64,000 nt of DNA, taken from the NCBI GenBank assembly GCA_963710895.1, contig CAVQCB010000017.1, forward strand, positions 2,516-66,515. Reading direction: 5' to 3'. The notes under the pieces were generated by a model. It was not told where the DNA came from. It did not search any database and was given only the letters and a program-made list of their open reading frames with translations. The stretch is from an uncultured Actinomycetota bacterium. GTDB lineage: Bacteria; Actinomycetota; Actinomycetes; Propionibacteriales; Nocardioidaceae. The translations under genes were made by a program, and so were the position numbers. This document shows, piece after piece, positions 47,888 through 57,900 of the stretch (positions are counted from its first letter, which is position 1; the number at the start of each line of letters is the position of its first letter).

Positions 47888-48609
47888 GCGACGACGACGA
47901 GGCCCGGATCGAGGGCCCCCGGCACCTGATCCGTCCCCGATGGACCTGGGGAGGCCTGCTCGGCATGCTCCTCGGGCTCGGGATCCTCGCCGGCGGGGTG
48001 ATCGCCCTCTCGGTGACGTGGTCGGTGGTGGGCACGGTGGTGCTGGTGCTGGCTGCCGGCGCCGCCTGGCACGGCGGGCTCCTCTACGACACCAGCGGGC
48101 ACATCTCCGCCGGGGTGGTGGCACGCCGCCTCGAGCAGGGCGAGACCTTCGAGGCCCCGGACCCCACAGACCGGGGGCGGGGCGGCGAGATCGTCGAGCA
48201 CGGCCTGGAGGCCGAGGGGCGACGGCACGACTCGATCGAGAAGGGTGCGCGGGCCTCCCGGTCGCTGCTGCGGCTGGGCGGCCTCCTGGTCGTGGGCTCG
48301 GGGGCGTGGTTCCTCCTCTCCCAGTGGGCGATCTACCCGGCCACGGCCACCGGTCGAGCCGGGGGCCTGCGCGCCCTGGCGGCCGGGGTGGTCCTCGGTC
48401 TGGCGGGCCTGCGGCTGCTCACGACGGGGCGGTCCGTGGTCTGGAGCGGCCTGGCCGCCCTCGCGGGTGCGGTGATGGTGGTGGTCGCGCTGAGCGCCGA
48501 CCACGACGCCGGCCGCTCCACGCTCAGCGAGCTCGTCGTCGGGCTGGTCGCCCTGGCCGGCGCCCTGATGTCGTTCGACCCGGGTCGCGGCTCCCGCTCG
48601 CCGACCTGA
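47884..48609 (+). CDS. Hypothetical multi-TM protein
   Basis: Two N-terminal and four C-terminal TMs. Confidence 0.7.
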   Translation: MSDDDEARIEGPRHLIRPRWTWGGLLGMLLGLGILAGGVIALSVTWSVVGTVVLVLAAGAAWHGGLLYDTSGHISAGVVARRLEQGETFEAPDPTDRGRGGEIVEHGLEAEGRRHDSIEKGARASRSLLRLGGLLVVGSGAWFLLSQWAIYPATATGRAGGLRALAAGVVLGLAGLRLLTTGRSVVWSGLAALAGAVMVVVALSADHDAGRSTLSELVVGLVALAGALMSFDPGRGSRSPT

Positions 48610-48704
48610 GCACGCCCGACCGGCCCAGCCCGACGGGGTCCTCTCGACCAGCACGGTGCCGGGACCGCCTTGCCACGGCACCGCCGGCGCGTCAGGGTGC
48701 TGGG

Positions 48705-49274
48705 GTGGCGCAGGTGAACCCAGACCGAGACCCAGACCGGGACCCAGACCGAGACCCAGACCGAGACCGGGACCGAGACCGAGACCGGGACCGGGACCGG
48801 GACGAAGGTGGCCGTCCCCGGCAGGCCCGTCCGCGTGACGAGCTCGGCCGTCCGCTGCCCTACGGGGCCGTCGGCGTCGAGCCGGTCTCGGAGGAGCCGT
48901 TGCCTCCCGTGGAGACCGTGCAGACCGCGCTGGGGCTGCTCCGCCAGGGGCGGCCGTTCTCCGCGCACGAGGTCTTCGAGGCGCGCTGGAAGGCCGCGCC
49001 GGAGCAGGAGCGCGACCTGTGGCAGGGCCTGGCGCAGGTCTGCGTCGCACTCACCCACGCCGCGCGCGGCAACGCGGTGGGGGCGGACCGGCTGCTCGAG
49101 CGCGGTCTCGGCCGGGTCGGCCGCTACGCCGGGGGCCAGGGGCCCAGCTACGGGCTCGACCTGACCGACTTCGTGACACGGGCCCGGGCCGGTGTCGACG
49201 CCGGGGTGTGGCCCGAGGAGGGACCCGAGGAGGCAGGCCGCCGGCCAGACCGCCCCATCGGCCGGGAGGCATGA
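48705..49274 (+). CDS. DUF309 domain protein with expanded N-terminal Asp-Arg repeat
   Basis: ARPRDELGRPLP, FSAHEVFEARWK, WQGLAQ...ALTH; leaderless GTG. Confidence 0.82.
   Translation: MAQVNPDRDPDRDPDRDPDRDRDRDRDRDRDRDEGGRPRQARPRDELGRPLPYGAVGVEPVSEEPLPPVETVQTALGLLRQGRPFSAHEVFEARWKAAPEQERDLWQGLAQVCVALTHAARGNAVGADRLLERGLGRVGRYAGGQGPSYGLDLTDFVTRARAGVDAGVWPEEGPEEAGRRPDRPIGREA
48719..48803 (+). repeat. 6/12-bp microsatellite encoding PDRDPDRD...DRDRD
   Basis: CCCAGACCGAGA and GACCGG/GACCGA units. Confidence 0.85.
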
Positions 49275-49281
49275 TGTCCCT

Positions 49282-50202
49282 GTGGACCCCGCTGACGCAG
49301 GCCGACCTTCCGGCTCCGACGCCGGCCCGGGCACCAGCGACGTGGTCCCGGTGTTCTTCCTCTCCGACAGCACCGGCATCAGCGCCGAGACGATGGGCAA
49401 CGCGCTGCTGATCCAGTTCCCCGAGCTGCACTTCGAGCGCACGGTGATCCCGTTCATCTCCTCGGTGGAGGAGGCCCGGCGGGTGGTGCGAGAGCTCGAC
49501 GCCACCCTGGCGGCGAGCGCCCGGACCCCGTTGGTCTTCACCACGGCCGCCAGCGACGCGGTGCGCCTCGAGCTGCGCACGACGAAGTGCCCCGTCATCG
49601 ACTTCTTCGACCTGCACATGCAGCGGGTCGAGGCGATCCTCGACACCCGTGGGGTCCGGCTGGCGGCCCGGCTGCACGGGGTCGGCGACGTGCAGCGCTA
49701 CAACAGCCGGATGCAGGCGATCGAGTACACCATCGAGCACGACGACGGGCAGAGCGTGCGCGGCCTGGACAAGGCCGACGTGGTCCTGGTCGCACCGTCG
49801 CGGTGCGGGAAGACGCCGACGGCGATGTACCTCGCGCTCCAGCACGGTCTCTTCGTCGCGAACTACCCGATCGTCGAGGAGGACCTGGACACCAACGAGC
49901 TGCCGCGCCCGGTGCGGGACCTGCGCGAGCGGTGCTTCGGCCTGATGACCACGCCGGCGCGGCTCTCCGCGGTGCGCCAGGAGCGGCGTCCCGGGTCGCA
50001 GTACGCCTCGGTCGAGCAGTGCACCTTCGAGCTGCGCCGGACCGAGGCGATGTTCGCGATGCACCAGGTGCCCGTCGTCGACTCCTCGACCAAGTCGGTC
50101 GAGGAGATCGCCACCATGATCCTGCAGAACCTCAACGTCCCCAGCCGGTCATCCAGCCGACCGTCCAGCCACTCGTCCAGCCGAACCGGGAGCACCTCAT
50201 GA
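49282..50202 (+). CDS. ppsR: PEP synthase regulatory kinase/pyrophosphorylase (DUF299)
   Basis: [37 protein letters not shown]; start uncertain. Confidence 0.88.
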   Translation: MDPADAGRPSGSDAGPGTSDVVPVFFLSDSTGISAETMGNALLIQFPELHFERTVIPFISSVEEARRVVRELDATLAASARTPLVFTTAASDAVRLELRTTKCPVIDFFDLHMQRVEAILDTRGVRLAARLHGVGDVQRYNSRMQAIEYTIEHDDGQSVRGLDKADVVLVAPSRCGKTPTAMYLALQHGLFVANYPIVEEDLDTNELPRPVRDLRERCFGLMTTPARLSAVRQERRPGSQYASVEQCTFELRRTEAMFAMHQVPVVDSSTKSVEEIATMILQNLNVPSRSSSRPSSHSSSRTGSTS

Positions 50203-52580
50203 GCCAGCCCGACCCCGACCCGACGAACGTGCGGGCGTTCGCCGACATCGGACTCGCCGACCTCGAGGAGGTCGGCGGCAAGAACGCCTCCCTCGGCGAG
50301 ATGGTGCGCAACCTGTCCTCGGCGGGGGTGCGCGTGCCGGACGGCTTCGCCACGACGGCCGCCGCCTTCCGCCGCTTCATCGGCGACACGGGTCTGGCCG
50401 AGGAGATCTCCGCGAAGCTGCGTGGCCTGGACACCGACGACACCCGTCGACTGGCCGAGGTCGGCCGGGAGATCCGCGCGTCGGTGGTGCAGCAGGAGTT
50501 CCCCGAGGACCTCGAGGCCGACGTCCGAGCCGCCTTCGAGCGGCTCGTGGACGGCCGGGAGGGCGTCTCCTTCGCGGTGCGGTCCAGCGCCACCGCCGAG
50601 GACCTGCCCGACGCCTCCTTCGCCGGCCAGCAGGAGACGTTCTTGAACATCACCGGCATCGACGGCGTGCTGCAGGCGGTCCGGGAGGTGTTCGCCTCCC
50701 TCTACAACGACCGCGCGATCGCCTACCGGGTGCACCACGACTTCGACCACGACGCGGTGGCGCTCTCCGCCGGGGTGCAGCAGATGGTCCGCTCCGACAT
50801 CGGCGCCTCGGGCGTGATGTTCACGATGGACACCGAGTCCGGCTTCACCGACGCGGTGTTCATCACCTCCTCCTACGGTCTGGGCGAGGCGGTCGTGCAG
50901 GGCGCGGTGAACCCCGACGAGTTCTACGTCTACAAGCCGGCCCTGCGCGCCGGTCGGCCGGCCATCCTCAAGCGGGGGGTCGGCACCAAGGCCACCAAGA
51001 TGGTCTACACCGAGGACCCCACCGTCGGCCGGACCACGGAGTTCGTCGAGACCCGCGCGGAGGAGCGACGGCTGCTCAGCCTCACCGACGCCGAGGTCGA
51101 GGAGCTGGCACGGCACGCGCTCAGCATCGAGGAGCACTACGGCCGACCGATGGACATCGAGTGGGGCAGGGACGGCCTCGACGGTGAGCTCTACGTGCTC
51201 CAGGCCCGCCCGGAGACGGTGAACTCCCGCGCGGGGGTGCGCCAGCGCTTCCGGATGGACGAGAAGGGTGAGGTGGTCCTCGAGGGGCGCGCGATCGGGC
51301 AGAAGATCGGTGCCGGCGCGGTCCGGGTGATGAGATCCCCGGAGCAGATGCACGAGTTCGTCGAGGGCGAGGTGCTGGTCGCGGACATGACCGACCCCGA
51401 CTGGGAGCCGATCATGAAGCGGGCCTCGGCGATCGTCACCGACCGCGGCGGACGGACCTGCCACGCCGCGATCATCGCCCGCGAGCTCGGCATCCCCGCG
51501 GTCGTGGGCAGCGGCGACGGCACCCGGCGACTCGGAGACGGCAGGGAGGTCACCGTCTCCTGCGCCGAGGGGGACACCGGCCTGGTCTACGAGGGCCTGC
51601 TCCCCTTCACCGTCGAGGAGACCGAGCTCTCCGCGATGCCGGAGATCCCCACGAAGATCATGATGAACGTCGGCACGCCCGAGCAGGCCTTCGCCTTCGC
51701 GCAGCTGCCGAACGCGGGCGTGGGCCTGGCCCGCCTGGAGTTCATCATCAACCGCCAGATCGGGATCCATCCCAAGGCCCTGCTCGGCCTCGACGACCTC
51801 GAGGAGTCGCTGGCCACGCAGGTGCGCGAGGCGATCGTCGCCTACCCCGGCCCACGGGAGTTCTTCGTCCAGCGGGTCGCCGAAGGAGTCTCCACCATCG
51901 CCGCGGCCTTCGCGCCGCACCCGGTGATCGTGCGGATGAGCGACTTCAAGTCCAACGAGTACGCCAACATGCTGGCCGGCGAGGTCTTCGAGCCCCACGA
52001 GGAGAACCCGATGATCGGCTACCGCGGGGCCTCGCGCTACCTCTCCGAGGACTTCGTCGACTGCTTCGCGATGGAGGCCGAGGCGCTGCGCCACGTGCGT
52101 GACGAGATGGGCCTGACCAACCTCAAGGTGATGATCCCGTTCGTGCGCACCGTGGCCGAGGCGCGTGGCGTGATCGACCTGCTCGCCGAGCACGGCCTGC
52201 GCCGCGGCGAGAACGGCCTGGAGGTCATCATGATGTGCGAGGTGCCCTCCAACGCCGTCATCGCCGAGCAGTTCCTCGACCACTTCGACGGGTTCTCGAT
52301 CGGCTCGAACGACATGACCCAGCTGACGCTGGGGCTGGACCGGGACTCCGCGCTGGTCGCCGACTCCTTCGACGAGCGTGACCCGGCCGTGCAGTTCATG
52401 CTGGAGCGGGCCATCCGCGCCTGCCGGGACGCCGGGAAGTACGTCGGCATCTGCGGCCAGGGCCCCAGCGACCACCCCGACATGGCCGAGTGGCTGGTCG
52501 GCCTCGGCATCGAGTCGATGTCGCTGAACCCGGACACGGTGGTGGACACCTGGCTGCGGCTCGGCAAGGTCTCGACCTGA
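50199..52580 (+). CDS. ppsA: Phosphoenolpyruvate synthase
   Basis: [27 protein letters not shown] phospho-His, SIGSNDMTQ. Confidence 0.96.
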   Translation: MSQPDPDPTNVRAFADIGLADLEEVGGKNASLGEMVRNLSSAGVRVPDGFATTAAAFRRFIGDTGLAEEISAKLRGLDTDDTRRLAEVGREIRASVVQQEFPEDLEADVRAAFERLVDGREGVSFAVRSSATAEDLPDASFAGQQETFLNITGIDGVLQAVREVFASLYNDRAIAYRVHHDFDHDAVALSAGVQQMVRSDIGASGVMFTMDTESGFTDAVFITSSYGLGEAVVQGAVNPDEFYVYKPALRAGRPAILKRGVGTKATKMVYTEDPTVGRTTEFVETRAEERRLLSLTDAEVEELARHALSIEEHYGRPMDIEWGRDGLDGELYVLQARPETVNSRAGVRQRFRMDEKGEVVLEGRAIGQKIGAGAVRVMRSPEQMHEFVEGEVLVADMTDPDWEPIMKRASAIVTDRGGRTCHAAIIARELGIPAVVGSGDGTRRLGDGREVTVSCAEGDTGLVYEGLLPFTVEETELSAMPEIPTKIMMNVGTPEQAFAFAQLPNAGVGLARLEFIINRQIGIHPKALLGLDDLEESLATQVREAIVAYPGPREFFVQRVAEGVSTIAAAFAPHPVIVRMSDFKSNEYANMLAGEVFEPHEENPMIGYRGASRYLSEDFVDCFAMEAEALRHVRDEMGLTNLKVMIPFVRTVAEARGVIDLLAEHGLRRGENGLEVIMMCEVPSNAVIAEQFLDHFDGFSIGSNDMTQLTLGLDRDSALVADSFDERDPAVQFMLERAIRACRDAGKYVGICGQGPSDHPDMAEWLVGLGIESMSLNPDTVVDTWLRLGKVST

Positions 52581-54355
52581 GCGGGCCGGGGCGGGGGCGC
52601 CGACGAGACCCGCAGTGGTGGAAGTCCGCGGTCGTCTACCAGGTCTACCCCAAGAGCTTCGCCGACAGCGACGGCGACGGTGTGGGCGACCTCGGGGGCG
52701 TCATCCAGCGGCTCGACCACCTCGAGCGACTCGGGGTGGACGCCCTGTGGCTCAGTCCCGTCTACCGCTCGCCGATGGTGGACAACGGCTACGACATCAG
52801 CGACTACCAGGACGTGGAGCCGCTGTTCGGTTCCCTGGAGCAGCTCGACCAGCTGATCGCCGAGGCGCACCGCCGCGGGATCGCGGTGGTGATGGACCTG
52901 GTGGTCAACCACACCAGCGACCGGCACCCGTGGTTTCGGGAGGCTCGGTCCTCGAGGGACAGCGACCTGCGCGACTTCTACTGGTGGCGGCCGCCGCGCG
53001 AGGGCCACGTCGGCGGCGAGCCGGGTGCGGAGCCGACCAACTGGGGCTCGGTCTTCTCCGGATCGGCCTGGACCTGGGACGAGCCCACCGGCGAGTACTA
53101 CCTGCACCTGTTCGCCCCCGAGCAGCCCGAGCTGAACTGGGAGAACCCGCGGCTGCGCCAGGCCGTCCACGCCATGATGCGCTGGTGGCTCGACCGTGGC
53201 GTCGACGGCTTCCGCATGGACGTGATCAACCTGATCTCCAAGCGGACGGTCCCCGGCTCGCCCGGCCTGCTGGACTCCCCGGTCGGCGCGGCCGACCCCA
53301 CGACACCGCGGACCGTGGACACCGCGAGGTACGGCGACCCGGCACCGCACGTGCTCAACGGGCCGCGGATCCACGAGTTCCTCCAGGAGATGCACCGCGA
53401 GGTCTTCGCCGCCCGCCCCCCGGGCCTGCTCAACGTCGGCGAGATGCCCGGCGCCACCGTCGAGGAGGCCCGCCGCTACACCGACCCGGAGCGGGGCGAG
53501 CTCGACATGGTCTTCCAGTTCGAGCACGTGGACCTCGACTCGGGCCCGGGCGGGAAGTGGGACGTCGTACCCCTGCCGCTGACGCGGTTGAAGCACAGCC
53601 TGCGCAGGTGGCAGGACGGTCTCGCCGCGACCGGCTGGAACAGCCTCTACTGGAGCAACCACGACCAGCCGCGGCCGGTCAGCCGGTTCGGCAACGACGA
53701 GCCTCGACACCGGGTCCGGTCGGCCACGGCGCTCGGGACGGTGCTGCACCTGCACCGCGGGACGCCCTTCGTCTTCCAGGGCGAGGAGCTGGGCATGACC
53801 AACGCGCCGTTCACGGGTCCCGAGGACTTCCGCGACATCGAGTCGGTCAACCACTACCGGGAGGCGACCGCCCGCGGGGAGGATCCAGAGGCCGTGCTGG
53901 CGGCACTGCGCCACAAGAGCCGGGACAACGCCCGGACGCCGATGCAGTGGGACGCAGGCCCCCACGCGGGGTTCACCACCGGCGAGCCGTGGTTGCCGGT
54001 GAACCCGAACCACGTCGAGATCAACGCCGCCGCCCAGGTCGAGGACCCCGACTCGGTCTTCCACCACTACCGCCGACTGATCGCGCTGCGACACGACGAG
54101 CCGTGCGTCGCCCACGGGGACTTCACGATGCTCGTCCCCGGGCACGAGCAGCTCTACGCCTTCACCCGCACGCTGGACGACGTGTGCCTGACCGTGGTGG
54201 CGAACCTCTCCGACCGAGACGGGCTGGTGCCGGCTGCCGAGGGCGTCGAGGTGCCCGACGGCGCCGAGGTGGTGCTCACCAACGAGGGGGCGGCTGTCCG
54301 CGCCGGCGACCCGCTGGGTGCGTGGGCGGCTCGGGTGCTGCGCCGACGGGCCTGA
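52577..54355 (+). CDS. GH13 alpha-glucosidase / oligo-1,6-glucosidase (start codon unclear)
   Basis: [41 protein letters not shown]. Confidence 0.9.
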   Translation: MSGPGRGRRRDPQWWKSAVVYQVYPKSFADSDGDGVGDLGGVIQRLDHLERLGVDALWLSPVYRSPMVDNGYDISDYQDVEPLFGSLEQLDQLIAEAHRRGIAVVMDLVVNHTSDRHPWFREARSSRDSDLRDFYWWRPPREGHVGGEPGAEPTNWGSVFSGSAWTWDEPTGEYYLHLFAPEQPELNWENPRLRQAVHAMMRWWLDRGVDGFRMDVINLISKRTVPGSPGLLDSPVGAADPTTPRTVDTARYGDPAPHVLNGPRIHEFLQEMHREVFAARPPGLLNVGEMPGATVEEARRYTDPERGELDMVFQFEHVDLDSGPGGKWDVVPLPLTRLKHSLRRWQDGLAATGWNSLYWSNHDQPRPVSRFGNDEPRHRVRSATALGTVLHLHRGTPFVFQGEELGMTNAPFTGPEDFRDIESVNHYREATARGEDPEAVLAALRHKSRDNARTPMQWDAGPHAGFTTGEPWLPVNPNHVEINAAAQVEDPDSVFHHYRRLIALRHDEPCVAHGDFTMLVPGHEQLYAFTRTLDDVCLTVVANLSDRDGLVPAAEGVEVPDGAEVVLTNEGAAVRAGDPLGAWAARVLRRRA

Positions 54356-54373
54356 GACCACCGGCCCCTGCCC

Positions 54374-56947
54374 TCACGCCTGGGGCACGTGCGGTCCGAT
54401 CGGTGGGTCCGGTGCCGCCGGCGCCCAGGGCAGGTCCTCGCGGTGCAGCATCGGCTCCGGGACTCCGGCGGTGATCTTGGTGCCGTCGGCGCGGGTCCCG
54501 CCGAGGTGGGGGCTCTCGCCCAGCAGCCCGTCGATGCGGGGGCCCTGGTCGTCGAGCGCGACGCTGAGCGGCTCGTCGCGGGTGACGGTGTGCCTGGCAC
54601 CGCACACCCGCACGCGCACACCCGGCTCCCCGTCCTCCACGATGGTGAAGCGGATCTCCTCCTGGGACAGCTCGACCAGGAGCCGCGAACCGCGCCAGGC
54701 GACCTTGAACCGGAGCGAGGGCCAGCCCTTGGGCAGCCGCGGCTCGAAGGCCAGTCGGCCGTTGCGGTCGCTCATGCCGGCGAACCCGAACACCAGGGCG
54801 CTCCAGACCCCGCCAGCCGAGGCGATGTGCAGCCCGTCGACGGTGTTGCCGTGCAGGTCGGTGAGGTCGACGTAGAGCGCCTGACGGAAGTAGTCCAAGG
54901 CCGCGTCGTGATAGCCGGCCTCGGCGGCGATGATCGACTGCACCACCGCTGAGAGGGTGGAGTCGCCGGTGGTGATCGGGTCGTAGTACTCGAAGTTGGC
55001 GCGCTTCTCCTCGGCGGTGAACCGGTCCCCGTGCAAGAACATCGCGAGCACCACGTCGGCCTGCTTGAGCACCTGGAAGCGGTAGATCACCAGCGGGTGG
55101 TAGTGCAGCATCAGTGGCCGCAGGTGCCGCGGGGTCCGGGAGAGGTCCCACACCTCGCGGTCGAGGAAGAAGTCGTCCTGGGGGTGGATCCCCAGACCCT
55201 CGTCGAACGGGATGCTCATCCCCTCGGCGCAGCGGCGCCACTCCGCGACCTCGTCGTCGGTGACGCCGAGGCGTTGGACGAGCTTGTCGTGGTCGCTCGG
55301 GTGCTCCTCACGGAGCCGGTCGACCACCAGCGCCGCCTTCTCCAGGTTGTAGCGGGCCATCACGTTGGTGAACAGGTTGTTGTTCACCACGGTGGTGTAC
55401 TCGTCGGGCCCGGTGACGCCGTGGATGTGGAAGGTCGGGTCGGAGCCGTTGCTGCGCCAGAAGCCGAGCTCGGCCCACATCCGTGCCGTCTCCACGAGCA
55501 GGTCCACGCCGTCGCGGACGAGGAAGCCGACGTCGTTGGTCGCGCCGACGTACTGCATCAGCGCGTAGGCGATGTCGGCGTTGATGTGCATCTGCGCGCT
55601 GCCGGCGGCGTAGTAGGCGGAGGCCTCCTCGCCGTTGATGGTGCGCCACGGGAACAGCGCCCCGCTCTGCGCCATCTCGAGGGCGCGGCTGCGCGCGGCC
55701 GGCAGCATCCGGTTGCGGAAGTGCAGCAGGTTGCGGGCGACGTGCGGCTGGGTGAAGGTCAAGAACGGGACCACGTAGATCTCGGAGTCCCAGAAGTAGT
55801 GTCCCTCGTAGCCGGTGCCGGTGACCCCCTTGGCGGGCACCCCCTGCTGGTCGGCGCGGGCACTGGCCTGGGCCAGGGTGAGGATGTTGAAGCGGATCGC
55901 CTGCTGGGTGGCGTCGTCGTCGTCGACCTCGACGTCGGCGGCGTCCCAGAAGTCGGCGTACCACTGCTGCTGCTCGGCGAGGTAGTGCGCCGTCGTGTGG
56001 CGGGCCGCGCGGTCCAGGGTCCGGTCGCAGCGGTCGGACAGCTCGCGCACGGGTACGCCGCGCGAGGTGTGGTAGGTGGCCACCTTCTCCAGCCGCACGG
56101 TGTTGCCCTCGTGGGCCTCCACCCGGAACGCCGTCTTGCCGAGGTCGTCGTGGCCGCTGAGGGTCGTCTCCCACGTGTCGACGGTCTCGAGGTGGTGGTC
56201 GGCCGCGACGGCGATCGTCATCCGTGACCTGGCGCACTGGTAGGCCAGCAGCATCCGGTCCTCGCGAACGTAGTGGGCACGGGGCAGCAGCACCCGCTCG
56301 TCGAAGGCGGTCGCCTTGCGGGGGTCGGCGCCCTCGCCCATCGAGGCGTTGGGCACGTGGTACTCGTCCTCCCCGTCCTGCCGGTTCAGCAGCTGGGAGG
56401 AGATCACGATGGGGGCATCCCCGGAGAGCATGGTCACCTCGAGGGTGAGGACCGCGAGGTGGCGCTGGGTCATCGAGACCATCCGGGTCGACTCGACCAG
56501 GACCCGCTTGCCGGCCGGGGTGCGCCACACCAGGCGGCGGCGCAGCACCCCGTCGCGGAAGTCGAGGGCGCGCTCGTACTCCTCGAGCTCGGCGGTGCCG
56601 AGGATCAGCGGCTCGTCGTCGACGTAGAGCTTCATCAGCTTGGCGTCGGGGACGTTGACGATCGTCTGGCCGGTGCGGGCGAAGGCGTGGCCGGCCTCGG
56701 CGTGCCGGATCGGCCAGGTCTCGTGGAAGCCGTTGACGAAGGTGCCGTGGGCGTAGGCGTCGCGACCCTCCTCGGGGTTGCCACGCATGCCGAGGTAGCC
56801 GTTGCCGACGCTGAACAGCGTCTCGGTGGTGCCGAGGTCGTCGGCGCGGTACTTGGTCTCCACCAGCCGCCACGGGTCGACCGGGAACCGGCCGCGGTCC
56901 ATCGGGTGCCGGAGCCGCTCGTGCCGGTTCATCCGGCTCCTGTTCAT
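54374..56947 (-). CDS. GH65 disaccharide phosphorylase/hydrolase
   Basis: FSVGNGYLGMRG, GYEGHYFWDSE, GPDEY, KQADV, DSTLS. Confidence 0.92.
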   Translation of the reverse strand: MNRSRMNRHERLRHPMDRGRFPVDPWRLVETKYRADDLGTTETLFSVGNGYLGMRGNPEEGRDAYAHGTFVNGFHETWPIRHAEAGHAFARTGQTIVNVPDAKLMKLYVDDEPLILGTAELEEYERALDFRDGVLRRRLVWRTPAGKRVLVESTRMVSMTQRHLAVLTLEVTMLSGDAPIVISSQLLNRQDGEDEYHVPNASMGEGADPRKATAFDERVLLPRAHYVREDRMLLAYQCARSRMTIAVAADHHLETVDTWETTLSGHDDLGKTAFRVEAHEGNTVRLEKVATYHTSRGVPVRELSDRCDRTLDRAARHTTAHYLAEQQQWYADFWDAADVEVDDDDATQQAIRFNILTLAQASARADQQGVPAKGVTGTGYEGHYFWDSEIYVVPFLTFTQPHVARNLLHFRNRMLPAARSRALEMAQSGALFPWRTINGEEASAYYAAGSAQMHINADIAYALMQYVGATNDVGFLVRDGVDLLVETARMWAELGFWRSNGSDPTFHIHGVTGPDEYTTVVNNNLFTNVMARYNLEKAALVVDRLREEHPSDHDKLVQRLGVTDDEVAEWRRCAEGMSIPFDEGLGIHPQDDFFLDREVWDLSRTPRHLRPLMLHYHPLVIYRFQVLKQADVVLAMFLHGDRFTAEEKRANFEYYDPITTGDSTLSAVVQSIIAAEAGYHDAALDYFRQALYVDLTDLHGNTVDGLHIASAGGVWSALVFGFAGMSDRNGRLAFEPRLPKGWPSLRFKVAWRGSRLLVELSQEEIRFTIVEDGEPGVRVRVCGARHTVTRDEPLSVALDDQGPRIDGLLGESPHLGGTRADGTKITAGVPEPMLHREDLPWAPAAPDPPIGPHVPQA

Positions 56948-57693
56948 GTGGCTCCTCCGGGCACCAGCTCGGCGAGGTCGCCGATCACCAGGTCGGCGCC
57001 GGCATCGAGCAGCGCGGACGCACCGGCACCGCGGTCGACGCCGATCACCAGGCCGAAGGCCCCGGTCCTCCCCGCGCGCACGCCGGAAACGGCGTCCTCG
57101 AGCACCACGGCCCGCTCGGGCTCGGCGCCGAGCAGCTCCGCGGCGTGGGTGAACGTGTCGGGCTCCGGCTTCCCGGCGAGCCCGAGCTCGGCGGCGACCC
57201 GTCCGTCGACGACGGTCCGGAACCGGGCCGAGAGGCCGGCGGCGGTCAGCACGGCCGGGGCGTTGGCCGAGGAGGAGACCACGGCCAGCGGTGTCCCGAG
57301 GGCGCGCAGGTGGTCGAGCAGGTCCACCGATCCCGGGTAGGCGGTGACACCGTCGCGTTCGAGGACGGCGTTGAACGCCTCGTTCTTGCGGTTGCCGAGA
57401 CCGCGCACGGTCGAGCTGCGCGGCGGGTCCTGCGTCGTACCCTCCGGCAGCTCGATGCTGCGCGAGGCGAGGAAGTCGCGGACCCCGTCGTAGCGTGGCT
57501 TGCCGTCCACGTGGGCGAAGTAGTCCGCGTCGGTGTAGGGCGAGCGGTCGCCGTCGACCGGCGCGCCCGGGTCGTCCAGGAAGTCGTTGAACATCTCCGC
57601 CCAGGCGCGCATGTGCACCTCGGCGGTCGGCGTGAGCACGCCGTCGAGGTCGAACAGCACAGCTGCGTAGGCGCTCCAGTCGACTCGTGGCAC
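56944..57693 (-). CDS. Beta-phosphoglucomutase-family HAD hydrolase
   Basis: FDLDGVLT, DGKPRYDGV, GKPEPD, EDAVSG; ATGA-coupled to GH65. Confidence 0.9.
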   Translation of the reverse strand: MPRVDWSAYAAVLFDLDGVLTPTAEVHMRAWAEMFNDFLDDPGAPVDGDRSPYTDADYFAHVDGKPRYDGVRDFLASRSIELPEGTTQDPPRSSTVRGLGNRKNEAFNAVLERDGVTAYPGSVDLLDHLRALGTPLAVVSSSANAPAVLTAAGLSARFRTVVDGRVAAELGLAGKPEPDTFTHAAELLGAEPERAVVLEDAVSGVRAGRTGAFGLVIGVDRGAGASALLDAGADLVIGDLAELVPGGAT

Positions 57694-57787
57694 CCTTCGA
57701 GACTAGGGCTCGGCGGCCCTCCCCACTGCGATTCTGGCCAGACCGTGCCTGAGCGGGACAAAGCCGACGGTTCTTGGGTCGGCCCGG

Positions 57788-57812
57788 GATTCGGTGCGCG
57801 CGGGCCGGGTAC
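57788..57812 (+). promoter_or_regulatory. SigF/SigB-like promoter candidate
   Basis: GATT-N15-GGGTAC upstream of the PSD-family gene. Confidence 0.45.
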
Positions 57813-57900
57813 AGGACCGGTCCACCCGGCCGGTGCCCCCGCACCGCAGCGACCCGCCCGCCCGTCCTGCGCCGCACCCCGGCGCCACCAGGAGGTAGCC

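Noticed and set aside
49587-57877. Extended N-termini of ppsA (997-aa ORF) and GH65 (1167-aa ORF)
   Set aside because: Extensions overlap ppsR and beta-PGM in other frames. The true starts show ATGA coupling at 50199 and 56947.
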